Source: a virus
Reading direction: 5' to 3' (one strand)
Virus record (IMG/VR): IMGVR_UViG_3300013131_000024
Location: 1 to 64,000 of that record
DNA: 64,000 nt
A program made the translations under genes and the position numbers. Positions 59,070-64,000 of this stretch are shown here, piece by piece (position 1 is the first letter of the stretch; each line of letters begins with the position of its first letter). Below the pieces are notes generated by a model, which was not told where the DNA came from, did no database searches, and saw only the letters and a list, made by a program, of their open reading frames with translations.

Positions 59070-60476
59070 ATGCCCTTACAGATTCGCAGAGGCACTGAAG
59101 CAGAAAGAGTAGCCATGACACAACCTCTAGCACAAGGGGAGCTGCTTTATGTTACAAATACACAAAGAATTTATGTTGGAAATGGATCCACTTTAGGGGG
59201 TATTCCTGTAACTGGATATACCGATGGTAATGCCAAGGACGCAGCAGCCACAATCTTCACTAGCGGATCTCACACTGGGATAAACTTTTCTTATAACACC
59301 GCAACTGACATTATAACTGCAACAGTAGATCTGTCAAATTATAATGGCACTATCAATGCTTCTGCTCTAAAAGGAACTATCGTCGCTGACGATTCTACCA
59401 TATTAGTCGATGCAGTTTCAGGAACAATTCCTGCAACAGTAATAAGTGGAACCGCCACTATTAACGTCATTGGGAATACCACAGGATATCATACTGGTGA
59501 TGTCAAAGGATCAGTATTTGCAGACGATTCTACCATATTAGTCGATGCTGTTGCCGGTTCATTTAATTTAGACGGAACTGTTAAAGGAAATATCGTTCCA
59601 GATGCAAATGAAGTTTATGATCTAGGATCAGTCACAAATCGTTTTAGAGACATTTATCTAAGCGGTACTTCTATTAAATTAGGAAATGCAACCATAACCG
59701 CCACCGGTGCTGCTGTTGATCTTCCGGTAGGATCTACTGTCGGTGGTATATCTATAGCTAGTTCTGGAGATGGAGTAATTTCAGGCAGTAATTACAATAT
59801 CAACATCATTCGAGATGACAGTACTGTAATAGTGAACTCTTCATCAGGAGTTATTACAGCAGATACATTATACGGAACTTTATTTGGAACACTCGAAGGA
59901 GATGTAAGCGGATCAATATTTTCAGATGACAGCACTATCATGCTAGACGGCATTGATAAAGTACTAACAGTCAATTCGATTAATACCACTGAGATAAATG
60001 CGGAGGCTTCTAGACTATTTGTTAAATCATCTAGTCCTCAACCCATAGATGCTGTTGCTATCACAGACGGATCTACTGCACCATATATAGGATTAAGTGT
60101 ATCTAGAGGAACTATATCCTCTCCCACAAATACTAATGCTAACGATATTCTAGGAGGATTTAAAATTGAAGGTTATAGAGCGGGCGTATATAAATTTGCA
60201 TCTGGTATGGCTTCTATATGGGCTAGTGATGCTGATTATTCATATACTTATCCTAGATCAACTTTTAATTTATTCACCGGCAACAACTCCAATATGTTAG
60301 CAATAGGTGCATCATTAGATGGTGCCGGAACTTGGACAGCTAACACGATAAAAACAGGCACGTACACTTCTGCTCCAGATACTAGACCTACTGGTTCAAA
60401 GGGCATGATTATTTTTAATGACACTACCGGAAAATTTCAAGGATTCGACGGTTCGAGTTGGGTTGATCTAAGTTAA
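59070..60476 (+). CDS. Tail-fibre-like protein
   Basis: LQIRRGT..GELLY N-terminus; GSVFADDST repeats; G..IFN.TT.KFQG.DG..W C-terminus. Confidence 0.75.
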   Translation: MPLQIRRGTEAERVAMTQPLAQGELLYVTNTQRIYVGNGSTLGGIPVTGYTDGNAKDAAATIFTSGSHTGINFSYNTATDIITATVDLSNYNGTINASALKGTIVADDSTILVDAVSGTIPATVISGTATINVIGNTTGYHTGDVKGSVFADDSTILVDAVAGSFNLDGTVKGNIVPDANEVYDLGSVTNRFRDIYLSGTSIKLGNATITATGAAVDLPVGSTVGGISIASSGDGVISGSNYNINIIRDDSTVIVNSSSGVITADTLYGTLFGTLEGDVSGSIFSDDSTIMLDGIDKVLTVNSINTTEINAEASRLFVKSSSPQPIDAVAITDGSTAPYIGLSVSRGTISSPTNTNANDILGGFKIEGYRAGVYKFASGMASIWASDADYSYTYPRSTFNLFTGNNSNMLAIGASLDGAGTWTANTIKTGTYTSAPDTRPTGSKGMIIFNDTTGKFQGFDGSSWVDLS

Positions 60477-60509
60477 TTAATAGTATACTTTTCTGGGTAT
60501 AAATATCCC

Positions 60510-61151
60510 ATGAAAGATTATTACATCTGCTCCGCAAAATATCTTATTCTAGATATATCATATCCATATGATGAAATGTTAGACGAAGCTAGAAGACTTA
60601 GCCATCGTTTCGTACCTCACAGATCAGCTTTATCTAAAGGTTGGGAATCTTTAACACTGCATGGCCTAGGTGAAGATAAAACCGGAAGTTTTGAAGATTA
60701 TGGATACAAGAACGGAGGAGATGCAGCTAAAGATATGTATTGGACTAAGGCAGCAGATGAATCTCCGATAACGAAAAATTTTTTATTGAATAATTTTCCA
60801 AGTAAAAGATTCGGTAGAATTCGTCTAATGAAACTTAAGGCAGGTGGGTTTATCGGACTTCACTCTGACAGTAGTAGACCTGTTATAGAAAATATAAATT
60901 TAGTACTAAACAATCCTCAACATTGTTTATGGATATGGGGGGATGGCACCGAAGTGTTTATGGATCCTGGCAAAGCCTACGCTATGAATGTTCATTATCA
61001 ACATAGTGTTTACAACAATAGCTATGAAGATAGATATCACATGATTGTAACAAGACACGATTCAACTGATAAATGGAAAGAGATAGTACTGAAAGCATCT
61101 AAAGAAACAGGAGAATTAGGCTATTTTGAAAAAATTGATTATCTACCTTAA
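60510..61151 (+). CDS. Asp/Asn beta-hydroxylase-like 2OG-Fe(II) oxygenase
   Basis: R.RLM.L..GG.I..HSD, HSV.N.S.EDRYH. Confidence 0.8.
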   Translation: MKDYYICSAKYLILDISYPYDEMLDEARRLSHRFVPHRSALSKGWESLTLHGLGEDKTGSFEDYGYKNGGDAAKDMYWTKAADESPITKNFLLNNFPSKRFGRIRLMKLKAGGFIGLHSDSSRPVIENINLVLNNPQHCLWIWGDGTEVFMDPGKAYAMNVHYQHSVYNNSYEDRYHMIVTRHDSTDKWKEIVLKASKETGELGYFEKIDYLP

Positions 61152-62549
61152 TATTATTGGCGATGTCCAGTCTTTGCTATGCCATTTTGGTTTATTAAGA
61201 ATGTTGATATCTGTTAAATTAAATTTACAGACTCGATCTTTATAAACTTGCGTAGATTTATCGCAAAATCCATCTGCAGCTCTAGCAGAGAATGAAAGAA
61301 AAATTTCCGGATTTTTTTCTTGTAATTTATAAATTAATCTGTTCTCGGCTGCTATTCTATACTTAAGACTTGAAGTATAAGAGAGTGGTGTATAATTAAA
61401 TACATCACTAACATTATAAAAAGTATTTGCAGTATTATCTACCCAATCAAGATTATATGTGCCTAAATAATTTATTAAAATAAAACCATACTGAAGATTT
61501 TTAATTCTGTTCCAAGTCATGTCCCAATCGTAGAATTTTGATTTAAATTTTTCCCATAATATATTAGATTGTATATAATATTCTTCAGGTATATGTATAG
61601 GACCCGATGGAAAATTTTTGTTGATAAAACTTTTATAAAATTCTCCGTAATTTTCTCCACTCCATTGGCTTATCATTAAGCTCATAAATTGTAGACATTG
61701 TGGGTTCACATCGGTAATTACGACTTTGGTTTTATTTGTTGTACCTAGAATATTTAAATTATTAATCCAATTAAAACCTGTGCCTGTAGTGATATATTGC
61801 TCAATAGGACCTTGACAATTTATATTATCTAATAGACTATCTGAATTGTGCGAAGGAACAAAATTAGATCCGAAAAATTGATAATAATATAAGTCAGCAA
61901 CTTCTTTTAAAAAAACATGATCGTGTTCATAATAAAGATATTTTTTATAGTTCCTTATATCGCCTAAATCTATTATTTTTTTTTCCTTTAACAATAATTT
62001 AGATATAAGATTCCACCCGTGCTTTTTACCCACATATGTTTTTTTATTTTTTCCTGTTTTAATCCAAAGAGGAACATAATCGTCGTGTACATTTTCTTCA
62101 CTTCTTATTGGCTCTATCTGATCATGATATTCATCTTGTTCATAGCCCATCTCTGGCATATCGATATCGGAATAGTCATATAAATTTAAAATATAGAACT
62201 GATGATGTAATTCGTAATAATATTCTTTTCTATCTAAAATGTGTCCTGCTAAACTAAAATCTGTAGAACAAAGTTTTTCAACAGACTCAAATAGTTTATC
62301 GTTCATTTTTAAACTTGTACCAGTCGAAATAAAAACAGCATACTTGTATTCTTCATATACTGCCATTTTAGCTAATAGATCTTCAGATTCTCCTATGAGA
62401 ATATCAAACCTTTCATGACATTTAAATATAAATTGATCTGTAAGATTAATTGATATCTCTTTAGCCCAGTTAGTTTGACAATTATTAGTATTATCAATAA
62501 TGCAAAATACTATGGGTTTTTTCTTGCTAACACTAAATTTTATTGCCAT
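61143..62549 (-). CDS. Hypothetical protein
   Basis: 468 aa; GHILD...YYELH.Q. Confidence 0.65.
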   Translation of the reverse strand: MAIKFSVSKKKPIVFCIIDNTNNCQTNWAKEISINLTDQFIFKCHERFDILIGESEDLLAKMAVYEEYKYAVFISTGTSLKMNDKLFESVEKLCSTDFSLAGHILDRKEYYYELHHQFYILNLYDYSDIDMPEMGYEQDEYHDQIEPIRSEENVHDDYVPLWIKTGKNKKTYVGKKHGWNLISKLLLKEKKIIDLGDIRNYKKYLYYEHDHVFLKEVADLYYYQFFGSNFVPSHNSDSLLDNINCQGPIEQYITTGTGFNWINNLNILGTTNKTKVVITDVNPQCLQFMSLMISQWSGENYGEFYKSFINKNFPSGPIHIPEEYYIQSNILWEKFKSKFYDWDMTWNRIKNLQYGFILINYLGTYNLDWVDNTANTFYNVSDVFNYTPLSYTSSLKYRIAAENRLIYKLQEKNPEIFLSFSARAADGFCDKSTQVYKDRVCKFNLTDINILNKPKWHSKDWTSPIILR

Positions 62550-63106
62550 TTTGGAAACCTACTAAGTTGTCGTAAAAATTTTTCTGCATCTAATTGCCAT
62601 ACAGTTTGTAATGTTTCTCTATAAAATACTTGTCCTATATTTTTTAGGACACCTTGTTTTTCTAGAGCAGGACCAAATATATTGTTAACTCGACGCTGTG
62701 TTCCTACATCACTTTCGTTAGATGTTATGTAAAGCTTAGACGTTGGTGGAGCCCATTCAATACATTTGGGTATTAGAAATTGAGAAGTAGGATTTTGATA
62801 TTCGGTTATAACTCTAATAGTTCTTAAGGCTCGTCCATACGAACCCTCTATTTCATCAGTTAATACACACGTTCTGGCTGCTATTCTATAACTTCCTTCT
62901 CCCATAACATCTTCGAAACTATGAGCAGCTACACTTCCGATTGGTTTAGATTTAAAATACAATATCCAGACCTGTTTTTCTTTTTCATTATTAAAGCAAT
63001 CAACTAATTTTTTCTGGCTACAATTATTCAAAAAACCTTTAGCTTTAGCTCTTTCATAGAAATAAGATAAATCTAGATCTTCAGACCAAGGAATTACGTA
63101 GAACAT
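62540..63106 (-). CDS. GNAT-like protein (tentative)
   Basis: 188 aa; beta-strand pattern with IGSVAAH. Confidence 0.45.
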   Translation of the reverse strand: MFYVIPWSEDLDLSYFYERAKAKGFLNNCSQKKLVDCFNNEKEKQVWILYFKSKPIGSVAAHSFEDVMGEGSYRIAARTCVLTDEIEGSYGRALRTIRVITEYQNPTSQFLIPKCIEWAPPTSKLYITSNESDVGTQRRVNNIFGPALEKQGVLKNIGQVFYRETLQTVWQLDAEKFLRQLSRFPKWQ

Positions 63107-63780
63107 AAAATCTTATCGATAAATTCAGACGAATAGTTATTCCTAAAACTATTCCAACAAAGTTTTTCAAGTATTTTAAAACTTTGAGGTTCCTCCCATT
63201 TTATATTTAAGATGTCAAGATGTTTTTTCATTTCATTTTGTCTTGTAGAATATATATGACTTTCAACGTCTTTTATACTGATGTTAGGTTCATCTTCGTG
63301 ATACGTGAAAAAATAATTTATACTTTTTAGTTTTCCTTGGACTATAAAATAGCTACTTGGATGCATACTGAATTTGTATAGTTTTAAAAATTTATGAGCT
63401 TTAATTATGTCAATCATCTGCTCTTGCCAATTTGGTAAAACGATATCATAATTTTCAGTAGCGCATCCTGCCTGCTCCCAAAAATCAACACCGTCTATTT
63501 GTAAATATATTTTTCTTTCAGTATAATCTATATCCAAAATAAAAGGAACATGCATAGGAAATGAACTGTGCATTATTTTTAGGAATTTAACTTCTCTTTC
63601 CCACTTTTCCTCCATCTTATCTGGATCAATAATCTCATTCATTCCTTTATGATAATTATTGTCGTTATAATACCATTGGACAAATGTTTTTTTGTCTTTG
63701 CTTATTAAGCTAGTGTAAATTAAATTATTTCGACAATTTCCCTTACCCGGAACATTGTTGTAATAGTATTCGTATTTCAT
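63094..63780 (-). CDS. Kinase-like fold protein (tentative)
   Basis: WEREVKFL..M...VP; degenerate catalytic motifs. Confidence 0.4.
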   Translation of the reverse strand: MKYEYYYNNVPGKGNCRNNLIYTSLISKDKKTFVQWYYNDNNYHKGMNEIIDPDKMEEKWEREVKFLKIMHSSFPMHVPFILDIDYTERKIYLQIDGVDFWEQAGCATENYDIVLPNWQEQMIDIIKAHKFLKLYKFSMHPSSYFIVQGKLKSINYFFTYHEDEPNISIKDVESHIYSTRQNEMKKHLDILNIKWEEPQSFKILEKLCWNSFRNNYSSEFIDKILCST

Positions 63781-63825
63781 AGATAGCATATTAATTTATC
63801 AATAAATATCTCGACCAAAATAAAA

Positions 63826-64000
63826 ATGTTAAAATGTATATTGTTCAATGTAGCCAGCGGAACTAATTTCGCAGGAAATGGTAGATCCGTTGGGGTTTAC
63901 AGAATCTCTCACCATCTTCGAGAAGAAGGTTGGGATGTAGAAGTTATAGATTTTGCTAACGAATGGAGTTTAGAAGATCTTAAATTACTTGCTAAATCAA
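63826..64000 (+). CDS. N-terminus of a probable B12-binding radical SAM protein (partial)
   Basis: RSVGVYRISHHLREEGWDVEVIDF; truncated by the window edge. Confidence 0.6.
   Translation, partial: MLKCILFNVASGTNFAGNGRSVGVYRISHHLREEGWDVEVIDFANEWSLEDLKLLAKS

Overview
This 64-kb AT-rich window looks like part of a large T4-like (jumbo) phage genome read in the standard genetic code; a betaproteobacterial host is inferred. From left to right it contains: (1) putative virion/internal proteins, a PD-(D/E)XK exonuclease, class Ia ribonucleotide reductase (nrdA/nrdB) and glutaredoxin; (2) a PAAR-peptidase fusion and a circularly permuted (two-piece) tmRNA; (3) ahpC/ahpD, a PlcP/Agt-like lipid-remodelling pair and a stand-alone PqqA precursor peptide; (4) ribosomal protein S21, GMP reductase, a dnaK-groES-groEL-ibpA-clpS block with ROSE-like leaders, and heme oxygenase/ahcY/bilin reductase; (5) arrays of short paralogous genes; (6) a 7.5-kb array of 30 tRNAs covering all 20 amino acids, interspersed with HNH endonucleases and unexplained structured RNAs. 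The main finding lies upstream of the tRNA array. A 46-codon leader ORF (48681-48821) uses all 20 amino acids and samples nearly every tRNA decoding class, and it overlaps a mutually exclusive antiterminator/terminator pair. This is a candidate 'pan-codon' attenuator that would sense loss of any tRNA. All calls were made by eye from motifs and base pairing; no database searches were run.
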